The notes under the pieces are model-generated. The model saw only the letters and a list, made by a program, of their open reading frames with translations, did no database searches and had not been told where the DNA came from. From the human T2T-CHM13v2.0 reference genome, Homo sapiens, in assembly GCF_009914755.1 (NCBI RefSeq), contig NC_060931.1: 64,000 bases of DNA; one strand, written 5' to 3'. Both the position numbers and the translations under genes were made by a program. Within the stretch, counting starts at the first letter, position 1; every line of letters begins with the position of its first letter. Below, piece after piece: positions 27,575-47,043 of this stretch.

Positions 27575-27884
27575 TTTCTTTTTTCTTTTTTTTTTCTTTT
27601 TTTGAGATGAAGTCTCACTGTATCACCCAGGCTGGAGTGCAGTGGTGCAATCTCGGCTCTCTGCAACCTCCGCCTCCTGGGTTCAAGTGATTCTTGTGCC
27701 TCAGCCTCCTGAGTAGCTGGGATTACAGGCGCCCACCACCACACCTGGCAAATTTTTGTATTTTTAGTAGAGACGGGGTTTCACCATGTTGGCCAGGCTG
27801 GTCTTCAACTCCTGATGTAAGGTGATCCGCCCGCCTCGGCCTCCCAAACTGCTGGGATTACAGGTGTGAGCCACTGCACCCAGC
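27575..27884 (-). mobile_element. AluSx-like
   Basis: Full antisense Alu; TSD tgagagg(c/a)agattt. Confidence 0.95.
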
Positions 27885-29021
27885 TGAGAGGAAGATTTGT
27901 AACACAGCCGCTCACTGTGTGAACTTGGGAAAGTTACTCAACTTTGTCTTAGTGTTTATCTGTCAAGTGGGTCAATTTCTGTTTAATCACCTTGCAAGAT
28001 TTTTGTGAAGTTCCTGCTAGAGAAAATTCAGAGAGGAACTACCTTGTTTATGGCTGCACAGCTGGTTAGTGGCAAAGCCCGCATCTAGCTGAGGTCTGTC
28101 TGGATGTGAACTCTCTCCAGCTCACACCAGCATGTGCCCTACACATCCGGTGCTCAGGAGGGAGGCTGTTGGGTTTCATTTAATGGTCAGAGGAGAAAAC
28201 CAGGTGACAGCCGGTTTCAAGACAGCGGAGCTTCAGGCAAGGTTTGATATGCAGGTGCTACAGGCTGTGCTATCCCAGGGCAGAAAGCGATGGAGAGGGC
28301 AGGGAGCAAGGGTGGGGAAGAAGTCCAGGTCCATGTGAGGGCATTGGCCCTGCTTTCCTTGGAGCTGCTGGGAGACACACTGGGTCACTGTGCTTGTGCC
28401 CTTGCTTGGCCACATGGAAGAAACCCCATGCTTTGCAACAGTCAGTTTGGGAGAAGGGAGAGCAAGTTTCTGTGCCCTGTCTGCCCTTGGCCTCGTGATA
28501 TTGACCTGCCCTGCCTCCTGGGGTATCAGCTGCTCCTTGAGCTGCCACAGGGAAGGCCAGATCCTGTGATGTGGCGTTTCACTTGCATTGTGGACGTGAA
28601 AGATGGTCAGAGACTCTGTGTGTTCTGCTGGTGGCTGGGAAGATGCACTGGTTCTGGCCAAAACCCTGGCCCCTCTGAGGAGGGCATTGAACAGGAAGGA
28701 GGGATGAGGTGCAGGATGCACTGGCCTTCAGTGTCATTAGGCTGAGATGTTAGCTAAGACAGGTAAGCAGCCCGGATCCAGGGGACAGAGGAGGCGCAGG
28801 GAACCTGAGAGCTGCCCAAGGCTCACCTTTCAAGCTGCCTGAGGGTTGGCATTGGCATCGGTGAGTATCGGACACACCATATCCTGATGCTGTCTGATAA
28901 GGTTTAGACCAGGCAGTAAAAATCCTGTCCTTGCGGCAGCCGGAGAGTTCCAGCTTCAAGTCTCAAGAGTCTGATGTCTGTACTTTAAAGTAACTTTTAA
29001 AAGGCTAAAAAAAAGGACTCT

Positions 29022-29551
<530 letters not shown>

Positions 29552-29707
29552 TTAAGATGTAATATCTTAGACTTGAGGCGCTGTACTAGACACTGGACAT
29601 GGCAAGGAGGATACAAGAGCACATGATATGTAGGCCTTGTTTCTGTGAAATTCCAACTTGGTTATCAGCAGTGTTAGTGGGCTGTCAGGTTAGCTTCACC
29701 CTCCAGC

Positions 29708-30060
29708 TATATATATATATGTGTGTGTATATATATGTATGTGTATATATGTATGTATGTATATACACACACATACATATATGTATATATGTATACATGT
29801 ATATACACACATACATATATGTATACATACATATATGTATATATGTATATATGTACACATACATATGTGTGTATATATGTACACATACATATGTGTGTGT
29901 ATATGTACACATACATGTGTGTGTGTATATGTACACGTACACACGTGTGTATATGTACACGTACACACACGTGTATATGTACACGTACACACACGTGTAT
30001 ATGTACACGTACACACACATGTATATATTTTATATATAAAAATACATATGAGAAATATAT
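29708..30060. repeat. Compound (TA/TG/CA)n microsatellite with a 24-bp higher-order unit
   Basis: Near-continuous purine-pyrimidine alternation; gtgtatatgtacacgtacacacac repeated about 4 times. Confidence 0.95.
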
Positions 30061-30061
30061 A

Positions 30062-30419
<358 letters not shown>

Positions 30420-31824
30420 TAGGGGGCAGCAGAGAAGGGTTTGGCACCTGGTGATGGGGAAATCCTCTGCAGGAAGATTGAGGCATGAACAACCAGCTTT
30501 TACGTCCGGGTTTTGTTGTGGGCTCTTTGACTGTGGGTCGTAGGCTTCCTGCGTTTGTGGTCTTTTCCAGACAGACAAGGTAGATTTTTATCGTGGGAAG
30601 AGTTTGGCATCTGGTGTCAGAAAACCTTGGTTTGAGCACTGGCTTCACCCTTGACCTGCTCCGCATCCTTGGTCACATGGTCCAACCCGAGTCTTTCTCT
30701 TACATCGTGAAGTCGTAAGGAGTGAAGGAATGTATGGAAGAATGTTTGTCAAGATCTTATTATTGTTTTTGTTATTGGAATTATTCTCTTATCTCCAACT
30801 GGGACCATATCTTTTCCTGTCTGCATTCCCCAAAGTACAGTCTGCCTTAAAGCTTAGTAGATGCTAAATAAACACTTTCTGGCCGGTTGATGGAACAGGA
30901 TCCCTCCCTTTGCTCCCCAGATTTTCAGGAATATGCCCTGGCCTGTTGGTGTCACTTCCCAGTGAAGTGCTAGGGTGCTCCGAGGTCACAGAGTGTTGCT
31001 CCTGTGGAAGCCTTCCCCTTTCATCTTGCAGAGAGGAGATGTCTCTTCATTTCAGTGGACTCTCACTCTCAGATTCTGGGAGAATTTTGTTCTCGTCATA
31101 GTGAGTTAGCTGACTTGCGTGATTCATATAGAAAAAAACTCACTCTGAATTTAACGTGATAGGCTTGTTAAATGACAACAAAGTGGTCACCAAAAGTGCT
31201 GTGCTGTAACTTAACCAGAGTAAACCTGATGGATGGAGGCAGCACCTCCAACTAAGCTGAACTCTATGACTTCCTTGTTTATTCAGTCTGGATGATAGAA
31301 TTCATATCCTCCCAGTGCTCCAAAGAATACTACATGGGAGGAGGCTCCCTGGCTACATCAGGGACGGTAAGGCTCATGATTCTAGCAGAAACACCTGGAT
31401 GCCAGAACTATTGTTTTCCACTGGCTTTGTGTATTAGCATTATCTCCATAACCTTTCTGTAAACTCTTTGAAGACAGGAATGCTGGCTGCTGGGAAGGAT
31501 GGAGAAAAAGAATTAACACAAATGGAACACTTGCTTATTGAAAGAAACACACGTGGTCACCCAGAGAGGATATAATCATTCAAAGAAGAAAGTGGGAAAT
31601 GAGAGAGAATTCTTAGGATACATGTAAAGCACACGCCAGTATTCAAAAGCCACAATACTAGTATTCCAATCAGGATCGATTTCCTTTTGATGTGTTAATG
31701 CAAGAAAACCTTAGAATGGAAAACATAAATGCTTCAAAGAGCTGCTCAAAATAGTGGAAGTAGAAAAGGTCCTATTTTCCCCCACCCCACTATCTATATT
31801 TGTGTGATATGAAAATGCTTTCCA

Positions 31825-31887
31825 ACTATATTTAATAACACTGTACTGTATAAATAAAATTTGCTAAGAGTAGAACTTGTGTTCTCA

Positions 31888-31937
<50 letters not shown>

Positions 31938-32080
31938 TCATTATGTGAATTGATGATTATATTAATTCGCTTGACTATAGTAATCGGTTTACTATGTATA
32001 TGTATATCAAAACATCACACTATACACCATAAATGTATACCATTTCAATAACATTTTTTAAAACCCAGAAATAAAAAATA
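31825..32080 (+). mobile_element. L1MA-like 3' end containing (AC)23
   Basis: aaatttgctaagagtaga...gttctcac...tatatcaaaacatcac; AC repeat at 31890-31935. Confidence 0.75.
31890..31935. repeat. (AC)23 microsatellite
   Basis: Perfect dinucleotide run. Confidence 0.98.
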
Positions 32081-34306
32081 ACACGTAGTATGGTTGTATA
32101 TAATTTATTTAACTAGCCCCATAGATTATTTCAATTATTTCCAAACATTGTATAGCTAAAAGACATAGTTATTAATATATAATTCCACACAAGTGTAAGG
32201 ATAAATTTCTAGAAATGGAATTTTCAGGTAAAAGAAATTTGCATTTGCAAGATTGATAGATCCTACCAGATTTCTTTCCTTAGAAAATATACTGGCTTAC
32301 TCTTTTATCTACAGTATACTTATGTTTTCACATTCTTGCAAACACAGTGTTATCTTAATTTTTTTTGCAGTATAACAAAAGGATTTGTTATCTTAAAAAA
32401 TATTAACTTTGACATGCTTGTTAGACATGGAGATGTCTGGTAAGCACTTATAAATAAGTTCCAGGAGCTCAGGAAGAAAGTTAGACTTGCAGATATAAAT
32501 GTGGTTGTATATAGATAGTAATGAAAACCATAGGACCAGATGAGGTCACCCAGCACCTGAGTATAGTTAGAGAAGAGGGTACCTGGACCTGCAGTGGCTT
32601 CTTTCATAGACTTCAGCGAGCAAGTCCTTGGTCCTTTTATGAGCTAATTGTGTTTCATTGATTTGGTGTTTATCTATGTGCCAAAAACACATGTTTCATT
32701 TATTATAAATTCATTACGTCTTTCTGTAGGGTTTGCCCACCTGTGATGTTTGTATGTTGATAAGAAATACCCAATCAATAGAGATAATTTGATAAGAAAG
32801 AAGAAAAAGGGAATAGTTGCAGGATTAAAGTTCATGAGTAGATGAGAGAGGGTGGGATCCATTACCTTTGCCAGTGCAAGGATTGACTCTAGGTAGCGGA
32901 GGTGTTCATTTCTTAGATGAGAAAGAGGAACATTTGAGCACAGATTTCTCTTATATTTCGTTTATCTATTTTGATAGAATTACATTGAATTTATACATTA
33001 ATTTGAAAGAAATTAATGTAATTAGTACATTGTATCTATTCATCCATGAACAAGGTATACCTCTAATCTGTTTTTTCTTATCTTATTGCACTTGCCATAA
33101 GACTTGGCATAAAAGACTGCCAATGTATTTTACTGGACTTTATTGGAGATATTTGATGGAGATATACTCAATAAGTATGTTTTTCAGAGATTTCAGGTTA
33201 GGGAAGTTCCTTCTATTCTTGCTAAAACATTTTTTTAAAGTTAATTTTTTTAAACAGCTTTAATGAAGTGTAATTTACATATCACAAAATTTGCCCACTG
33301 TAAATGTACAATTCAGTGATTCTTAATACCTTTATAGAATTGTACTGGCATCACCACCAGCTAGACTTAGAATATTTTCATTTCCCAGCAAGTTCCCTCA
33401 TGCTGTTTGCGTAAAACATTTTTCTGATTGTGAGTTAATGTTGAATTGTTTTTCTGCATTAAAATGAAAATAAAAGAAAAAATGCTTTTCAAGCAACAAC
33501 TTTTCTCATATACTAGAAACTAAAAATAAGAGTCGACTTGATAATTCTAAAAATAGCATGGGAAAATGTAAACTCATTATGGCAGGGAGGACAGCAAGCC
33601 ATTCACGAGGGATCCAACCTGATGGCCCAAACACCTCCTACTAGGCCCCAACTTTAACGATGGGATCACATTTCAATATGAGATTTAGAGGGGACAAACA
33701 TCCAAACCATAACAATACCCAATAGAAAGTTAAATGTTAAATAATAGGGAAGATAATGAGCATCTTTTCCCTCCGCTCTCTGTTAAGGGAGATGTGCCTA
33801 GTGTTTCTGCATTATGTAGGATGCTGGTTTTGGACTGAGGTATATACACATTTCCATGTGAAGGAAGTATCTATTGATTCCTATTTTATTAATGTACTTA
33901 CCAGGACTAAATGTTGATTTTGTGGGCTTTTGTTGGCATTTGATCTTTTCTATACCTATTAAAAATAAACATATGATATTTTTCTTCTTAGATCTTGAAA
34001 GGTGAATTACACATGCAGATTTCTCATTATAGAGCCATCCTTGCATTCCTGGAATATATCCTATATAGTCATGATTTCTCTTTTTTTATCTTTCTTTTTT
34101 TTATTATACTTAAAGTTCTAGGGTACACGTGCACAACGTGCAGGTTTGTTACTTATGTATACATCTGCCATGTTGGTGTGCTGCACCCATTAACTCGTCA
34201 TTTACATTAGGTATATCTCCTAATGCTATCCCTTCCCCCTCCCCCGACTCCACGACAGGCCCTGGTGTGTGATGTTCCCCTTCCTGTGTCCAAGTGTTCT
34301 TATTGT

Positions 34307-38131
<3,825 letters not shown>

Positions 38132-38194
38132 TATGATGTTAGCTGGTTATTTTGCTCGTTAGTTGATGCAGTTTCTTCCTAGCCTTGATGGTCT

Positions 38195-39210
38195 TTACAA
38201 TTTGGCATGTTTTTGCAGTGGCTGGTACCAGTTGTTCCTTTCCATGTTTAGTGCTTCCTTCAGGAGCTCTTCTAGGGCAGGCCTGGTGGTGACAAAATCT
38301 CTCAGCATTTGCTTGTCTGTACAGTATTTTATTTCTCCTTCACTTATGAAGCTTAGTTTGGCTGGATATGAAATTCTGGGTTGAAAATTCTTTTCTTTAA
38401 GAATGTTGAATATTGGCCCCCACTCTCTTCTGGCTTGTAGAGTTTCTGCTGAGAGATCTGCTGTTAGTCTGATGGGCTTCCCTTTGTGGGTAACCCGACC
38501 TTTCTCTCTGGCTGCCCTTAACATTTTTTCCTTCATTTCAATTTTGGTGAATCTGACAATTATGTGTCTTGGAGTTGCTCTTCTCGAGGAGTATCTTTGT
38601 GGCATTCTCTGTATTTCCTGAATTTGAATGTTGGCCTGCCTTGCTAGATTGGGGAAGTTCTCCTGGATAATATCCTGCAGAGTGTTTTCCAACTTGGTTC
38701 CATTCTCCCCATCACTTTCAGGTACACCAATCAGACGTAGATTTGGTCTTTTCACATAGTCCCATATTTCTTGGAGGCTTTTTTCATTTCTTTTTACTTT
38801 TTTTTCTCTAAACTTCTCTTCTTGCTTCATTTCATTCATTTGATCTTCCATCACTGATACCCTTTCTTCCAGTTGATCAAGTTGGCTACTGAAGCTTGTG
38901 CGTTCATCACGTGGTTCTCTTGCCATGGTTTTCAGCTCCATCAGGTCATTTAAGGACTTCTCTACGCTGGTTATTCTAGTTAGCCATTCGTCTAATCTTT
39001 TTTCAAGGTTTTTAGCTTCTTTGCGATGGGTTCAAACTTCCTCCTTTAGCTCGGAGAAGTTTGATCATCTGAAGCCTTCTTCTCTCAACTCGTCAAAGTC
39101 ATTCTCCAACCAGCTTTGTTCCATCGCTGGCAGGGAGCTGTGTTCCTTTGGAGGGGGAGAGGTGCTCGATTTTTAGAATTTTCAGCTTTTCTGCTCTGTT
39201 TTTTCCCCAT
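38195..39210 (-). pseudogene. L1 ORF1p remnant
   Basis: ATG at 39210; the intact C-terminal 248 aa contain YVKRPNLRLIGVPE...ARREWG...YPAKLS; the N-terminus is disrupted. Confidence 0.93.
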
Positions 39211-40117
39211 CTTTGTGGTTTTATCTACCTTTGGTCTTTGATGATGGTGACGTACAGATGGGGTTTTGGTGTGGATGTCCTTTCTCTTGGTTCGTTTTCC
39301 TTCTAACAGTCAGGATCCTCAGCTGCAGGTCTGCTGGAGTTTGCTAAAGGTCCACTCCAGACCCTGTTTGCCTGGGTATCAGCAGTGGAGGCTGCAAAAC
39401 AGCGAATATTGGTGAACAGCAAATGTTGCTGCCTGATAGTTCCTCTGGTAGCTTCATCTCAGAGGGGTACTGGCCATGTGAGGTGTTAGTCTGCCCCTAC
39501 TGGAGGGTGCCTCGCAGTTAGGCTACTCGGGATTCAGGGATCCACTTGAGGAGGCAGTCTGTCTGTTCTCAGATCTCAAACTCCGTGCTGGGAGAATGAC
39601 TACTCTCTTCAAAGCTCAGTTGGAAATGCAGAAATCACCCTCTTCTGTGTCGCTCACGCTGGGAGCTGTAGACTGGAGCTGTTCCTATTCGGCCATCTTG
39701 GAACCACCCCCCAGTCATGATTTCTTAATATTAGGAATGTCATTGATTTTTTGCCATTATTTTATTTTAGATTTTTACATTGATAGCTGTAGATGAGATT
39801 GGTCTGTAGAATTTTGTTTTGGTTCAATCTTTAGGAGAATGAAATATCAAAGGTACATGCAATTCTTAAAGAATTTGTGAGTTTTCTTCCTTTTTCTGTT
39901 GTGCTCTAAAATAATTTAATAGGCATTAGGATAATGTATTTTTATAGATTTCTCCGTGAAATCATTTAGGCCTAATGTTTTGAGGGATATAACTTTTAAA
40001 TAATTTTTTCTATTTCTTTTCTGGAAATTAATATTAACTTTTTCTCAATGTAGTATATCTCTTTTGGTATTCAATTCTCCCAATATTACGTTCTCTTTTG
40101 TTAAATAAACAAGTGTA

Positions 40118-41430
<1,313 letters not shown>

Positions 41431-41983
41431 GTCTATACAGTTTGGGAACAATTGATTTGGAACTCTGATCTGAGTTTTGTGTGATGATTGGGCTTAGATT
41501 AAAAAGGGTTGTGTAAAATTCTGATAATATTTCCTATGTTTCCTGAAACTCTGCTAAGAGAAACTTGTCACAACTGGTATTGTGAGTAAAACAACACCCA
41601 TCGGGCGGCCCCCTTGTCTGTCCTCTTTCTTGGATGATAAAGCTTTTGTCTTCACTGAGGTCCAAGCGAGCAGGAAGAAGAGCATTTGGCCAGGAGACTA
41701 CTTGGCTGAGTTAAGTGGGAGTGGCTGCAAGGTCATCCTGGTGTTTGTCAGTGGGATGCTATTGCATTTTGGGTAAGACGACTCTCATTGGGTTGGTCTA
41801 CCGTGTGTATTTCAAAGTGTTAGGCATCTCTGCCCCCTCTCTCCTAACATCAAGTTTTCCCCCATGCATTTGCTCCACAGCAGTACTCTAAGATTTCCAC
41901 ATGTCCTTTGGGGGTTGGTACTATCATCTAGCAAGTCCTTTATGTCAACCTCTATAAGACACTCCTGAGCTTGGAATGTGATG

Positions 41984-41985
<2 letters not shown>

Positions 41986-42017
<32 letters not shown>
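41986..42017. repeat. (AC)16 microsatellite
   Basis: Perfect run. Confidence 0.98.
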
Positions 42018-42019
<2 letters not shown>

Positions 42020-44195
42020 ATATTTTCTGGGATCAAAGCTTGGCAGCTTTTTGAGATTTGTGTACGGCTCCCTCTTCCATGCACCTGGGTCACTGAGTTT
42101 GCCTTAGGATTATAAGTGATCTGGCAATGCATTGACTTCGTTCCATCATTTGGAGTTAGAAATTGTTAAATCTGGACTTTGAATCTTGAGATACCTACCA
42201 TTTTATTATTCATTCCCACACCAACTCCTACCTTCTCCCAAATAAATGTCTGTGCCTCACATTTGCTTTTAATTGCAATGGTCTTGAAAAATTCAGAAAT
42301 CCCTGAGGGTAGAAATTTTTCATGTGGGATGGTGACATCAACTCAAGACCTTTTGTAATATGAATGCTTTCAAAGTAATGAAGTCTTGAATGTTTTTGCT
42401 TTCAATAAACCAACCACTGAAACAGCATATAATGTCTCCAAAGTTTGTCCTTCTGTCAGTGAGGCTATAGCAACTCAGTAATACTGAATATCTATTAATT
42501 CACTTGTGTTGAGGCCTAGAAAGAACTTTACGTGTTCATACCTTCATGTCTTTGGTTAAGCTGATAATGTGTCACTCCCACCTCCCATGGACAGAACTAC
42601 CTTGAGAAGAAGTAACTTACAGAAGGTCATATATTTGCAATAGGGCCAGAGTTAAACACTGACCCCTACCTTGTCCTCTGGCAGCCAGGTGACTCTTGGA
42701 GAATTAGAGAATTCTCTTCTTGTTGCTGCTCACAGAACAGCCAGCCCATCACTGAGTCATTGGGGTAGCATGCCAGGATTATCATATAACTTACCCGGTT
42801 GAAAAATACTCACTTGGTCTCCTAGGGCACAACTCACTCCAAAAGACATACTTCAAACCAACGCATTTTACAAATATATGTAAACACATCTTAGCAGTTA
42901 GTAAGTACATAGAATGCATCCAAGACCAGTTGGTTTCAGTTCCAACCTCTGAGCCTTTGTTAGGCTATTCTTCTTGCCTAAAAGCTGCTTTTAGAAAATC
43001 AGTGACCACTCGGTAGATGATATGATATTGTTTGAATGCTCTTGTTTTTTCTTTCTTATTTAAAATATTTCCAACTCCTATTTCAAAGTGTGACTTAAAT
43101 TCTACTTCTCTCATTAAACCCTGTCTGATTATGACACCCTCTAACGAGCTCTTTTCCTGAGTGTGTTTACTATATTTAACATCTTTTCCATCTACTTGAG
43201 CACTTAAAACAGCGCCTTACACGACAGCATCTCTCTAAGCAGCTGGCGGGCAGAATGGTTTCCATATTCCTTGTAGAACTTGCAAAGGAGACATGAAGTA
43301 CTCAGGTGAGATTTGTGTGAAATTCCAGAAAGAATTCTACCTTTCTGTGCCGGAATTCAAGTTTGCTTACTTTGTTTTTTAAGTGAATTCCTTAATACAT
43401 ATCTACGATAGTGTCTTCTTAAGCATCCCAGGACAGGGGTCGGTATCATGGCTGTGAAGTGCAGTTTTGCCTTTTGAAGCAGAGGAGCATTTCTGCCTGC
43501 TCACTATCACAGATGTGTTTGCCTGCCCCCTTTTATCTATGGTCTTCATTTTAATTTGTTTTTAATTGCCTATTTGACACACCTAGCAATTAAGGTGAAA
43601 TGGGCTCTTTGACAAATGTGAGAGCTTTTAAATTAGTGCTAATTGCTTTTGTTAATTAAAAATAATGCTTTATATGGTGTTATTGGTATTCTCTTACATG
43701 AAACTGGATTAATGACTTCCAATCAATCCCACTACAAAGACCTTTCTTTGTAATCACTGGGACTTTAGGGCATGAAGCTCCTGCAGAACGAAAAAAGATG
43801 GCTAGAACTTCAGGACGAGTGAGAAGGGAGATGGGTGAATGACAGCACAAGGCTGGTTCCGTTGCTGGCTCTGCCCACGCCCATGCCCACTAATTTGGAA
43901 GTTCACTGAAAGCCACTGTCTAGGGGGTGGTGTGGGCTGCTGCATCAGTCAGGTTTCCCACAGGAAACAGGTGACAGACTGGAAGCAGGATGATTTGAGG
44001 GGGATTTGATAATGGGACTATTTACAAAGTTCTGGGCTGATTAAAAAGGGCAGCAATGGAAAGAGCTGTCACCAACCTTAGGTCAGAGCAGGGAGGGGAG
44101 GGGAAGATCACCGGAGCCTGGTACCTGGAACAATAGCCTCATGTAGCAAAAGCTGCTTTTAGAAAATCAGTGACCACTGGTGGACAGTATGATAT

Positions 44196-44264
44196 CGTTT
44201 GGTGTTTGTCCCTTGCTACGTTTGTTGTTTGTCCCTTGCCACGTTTGGTGTTTGTCCCTTGCCA
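44196..44264. repeat. 23-bp tandem repeat x3 (cgtttggtgtttgtcccttgcca)
   Basis: Read directly. Confidence 0.95.
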
Positions 44265-46014
44265 TGGGAAATCATTTCTATCACAACAAACACACGCTGC
44301 TTTCTGGATCCAGCACCCTCTGGAGTGTTCCCACCTGCACTCGCCCCACTCCTGGCAGTACTGGTTGTCTTCCCTGATTCTAAGGGCAGCTCTTGGTCTG
44401 GGATGGCCCTTGGCGTTACTGTGAAATGGGGTGAAGGCAGGCCTTAATTTTCCTTCAAAAATCGGGCATGGAATACCACCCCCCACCCTCATGGCATTGG
44501 GCTGGTGGCTGTCTCCAGCCAAGGGCAGAGGGTTTGAAGAGCAACTCTATCTGGCCTCCCAGGAGTGAGCATCTCCGTCAGCTGGGATGGTTGCTGGCCA
44601 GCACTCCCTGCATCCACTTCACTTGTTTATGTAGATAACTTGGTAAACATAGACAAGAATACGATCCCACACATAATCTCAATAGCTAGAGAGAGGCATA
44701 TTTTGCTTATTATCTCTCCCCACATGCAGACTGTATATAAATGCAATCCTCTCACGCGGTTCTCCATCTGCCCTCACCTTCTTCCCTCCCTTCTAATGCG
44801 CTCTGTGTCATGGGGACCACAGTTTTCAGGATGCCTTTAGCATTGATCTCCATCCTGGTTAGGCCACCGGGAGACACGGGGTAAGACTGGAGGGCAGGAG
44901 GAAGGCAGGCTGCAAGGTATTATTCTCCCTCACCTTGGCACAGGCAGTGGCACCTGCTCTGAGGTCTGGTTCTGCCCCACCTCCTGGTCTCCCAGAACAG
45001 CCCACTACCATGGAACTGTGGGCTTTGCCTGCTGTTGCTAGCCTTGGGTTGCCTCACCATTCCCTGATAAATTACCTAGAGATGGACTTGCTGGAAACCA
45101 ATTTCTTGTAATGCATGTCCTCTGTCTAAAACATTTAGAATGATTTTAACCAATACCCAGATTTAGGATCTGAAGGTTGTTTCTTACGAGGAGCACTGAG
45201 CCACGACTGTCCTTTGTACCAACTCTCTGTGCATGTCCATGGTTATTTTGTAAAGCTAAATTCCCAGAGGCAGAGGAATTGCTGGCTCCAAAGGTTTAAC
45301 ATTTTTGTTCACCTATGGCTATGTTTTCTTCCAGAAAGTTTTCACTGGCTTATACTCCCATTGCTGATCTTTTCTTGGTCACTAACTGTAATTGAAGCCC
45401 TCACTGGGTTCTCTGATTTGCAGCATTGTACATCAGACTGTGCAAGGCTGCAGACAGTGCCCCGTGATGTGAACCCTGGTCCTCAGCACCGTGCTTTGTA
45501 CAATCTGCACAACTGTTCCCAGCAGTCCTGCTGATCCGAACACGTGGAACATGATGGGATCAGGCCCTGCCTACCATGCAAGAGCCGCTGAAAGTCAGAG
45601 TGCTGCACAGATGGAAAGGCTGTGGCCGAATTGCCTCTCACTGCCCATGTGTGCATAACTGTTCCTCTGCCATCTCTCATGTCCCAGTCCTGATGGGGTC
45701 TCCCTGGTCCCAGTTCCTCCTCTTCCTAGAAGCTGTCTTTGACTTTATCTAGACACTTTCTCAGGTAACCTCCTATGTGCTTGCCCTGTTTCATGTACCC
45801 ATGTCTTGCTGTTCCGTCTCCAGGCTCACTTTCTCAGCTGGGACACGCCTGACTTCCCCCAACGCCACTGTCTTCACTCTTCCTCTCGAAGTGCTTATAA
45901 TAATGCTGTTATGGCAGGCTTGCTTGAAAAACCTATTCCTTTTTCTAGGATTCTGGTGATTATTCTTCCGCCAGAGTCCGATAGCCTACTCTTTTCTTGA
46001 GGCCCAGCGTATTT

Positions 46015-46750
46015 TAAAAATAGCTTTATTGAGGTGTGATCGATATATGAAAAACTTTTCATATTTAATGTATGCAATTTGATGGGTTTGAATATATGCA
46101 TACACTTGGGAAACCATCATTACAATCAAAGTAATAAAAATATCCATCACCTCTAAAGTTTCTTCCTGCCCCCACCTCCCCTTTTGTGGTAAGGACACTT
46201 AACCTGAGACCATTTCTCTTAACCACCTTTTTAAGTACTGTTAACAATAGGTGCACTGGTGTACCTTAGAGCTCCAGGACTTATTCATCTTGTATAACTA
46301 AAACTTTATACACCTTAGTCCACAATTCCTCTTTTTCCTGTCCCATAGCATTGGCAGCCACCATTCTACTCTCTGCTTCTTTAAGTTTGACTATTTTAGA
46401 TATGTCATACAAATGGAATCATGCAGTATTTGTCCTTCTGTGACTGGTTTATTTCACTTAGTATAATGTCTTCAAGGTTCATTCATCTTGTTGCAAGTGG
46501 CAGGATTTCCTTCTTCTTAAAGGCTGAATAATGTTCCATTGCATCCATATGCCATACTTTCTTGATCTAATTATCTATTAATGAACATTTATGTTGTTGC
46601 TACATTTTGACTCTTGTGAATAATGCTGCAATGAGCACAGGAGTGCAAGTATCTCTTCAAGATTCTGATTTCAATTTTTTTTGGATACGTACCCAGAACT
46701 AGGATTGCTAGATCATATGGTAGTTCTACTTTTAAGTTTTTAAGGAACTG
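46015..46750 (-). mobile_element. L1MB/L1MA 3' fragment
   Basis: ccaccattctactctctgcttct...tggaatcatgcagtatttgtcc...aataatgctgcaatga...ggattgctagatcatatggtagttct. Confidence 0.85.
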
Positions 46751-46759
46751 GAGACCCAG

Positions 46760-47043
46760 TGTATTAATCATGTTTTCAATTTTCTGTATCTTATGATGTT
46801 TGATATCTTAAAAATCTTACAGACCAAGGAAGAGACTGCCTCTCCCAGGAGTAGCCATTTTTTACAAGTAACAGAGGCTTGGTCCCAGATCATGACTTTC
46901 CTATGCAAACCAACCAACCCAACTGCCTCCTTACCAAACTTTCATACACCAAGCCATTTTTCCACCTGCCCTAAATCACCCAGGGCCAGGTATCAGGCAA
47001 CTAGAAACCACCCTACAGCCCCAAGTTATTCAAACTTGCCCAA
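46760..47043 (+). mobile_element. MER74-like ERVL LTR (partial)
   Basis: tgtattaatcatgtttt...gagactgcctctcccagg...atgcaaaccaaccaa...cctaaatcacccagggccaggta. Confidence 0.6.
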
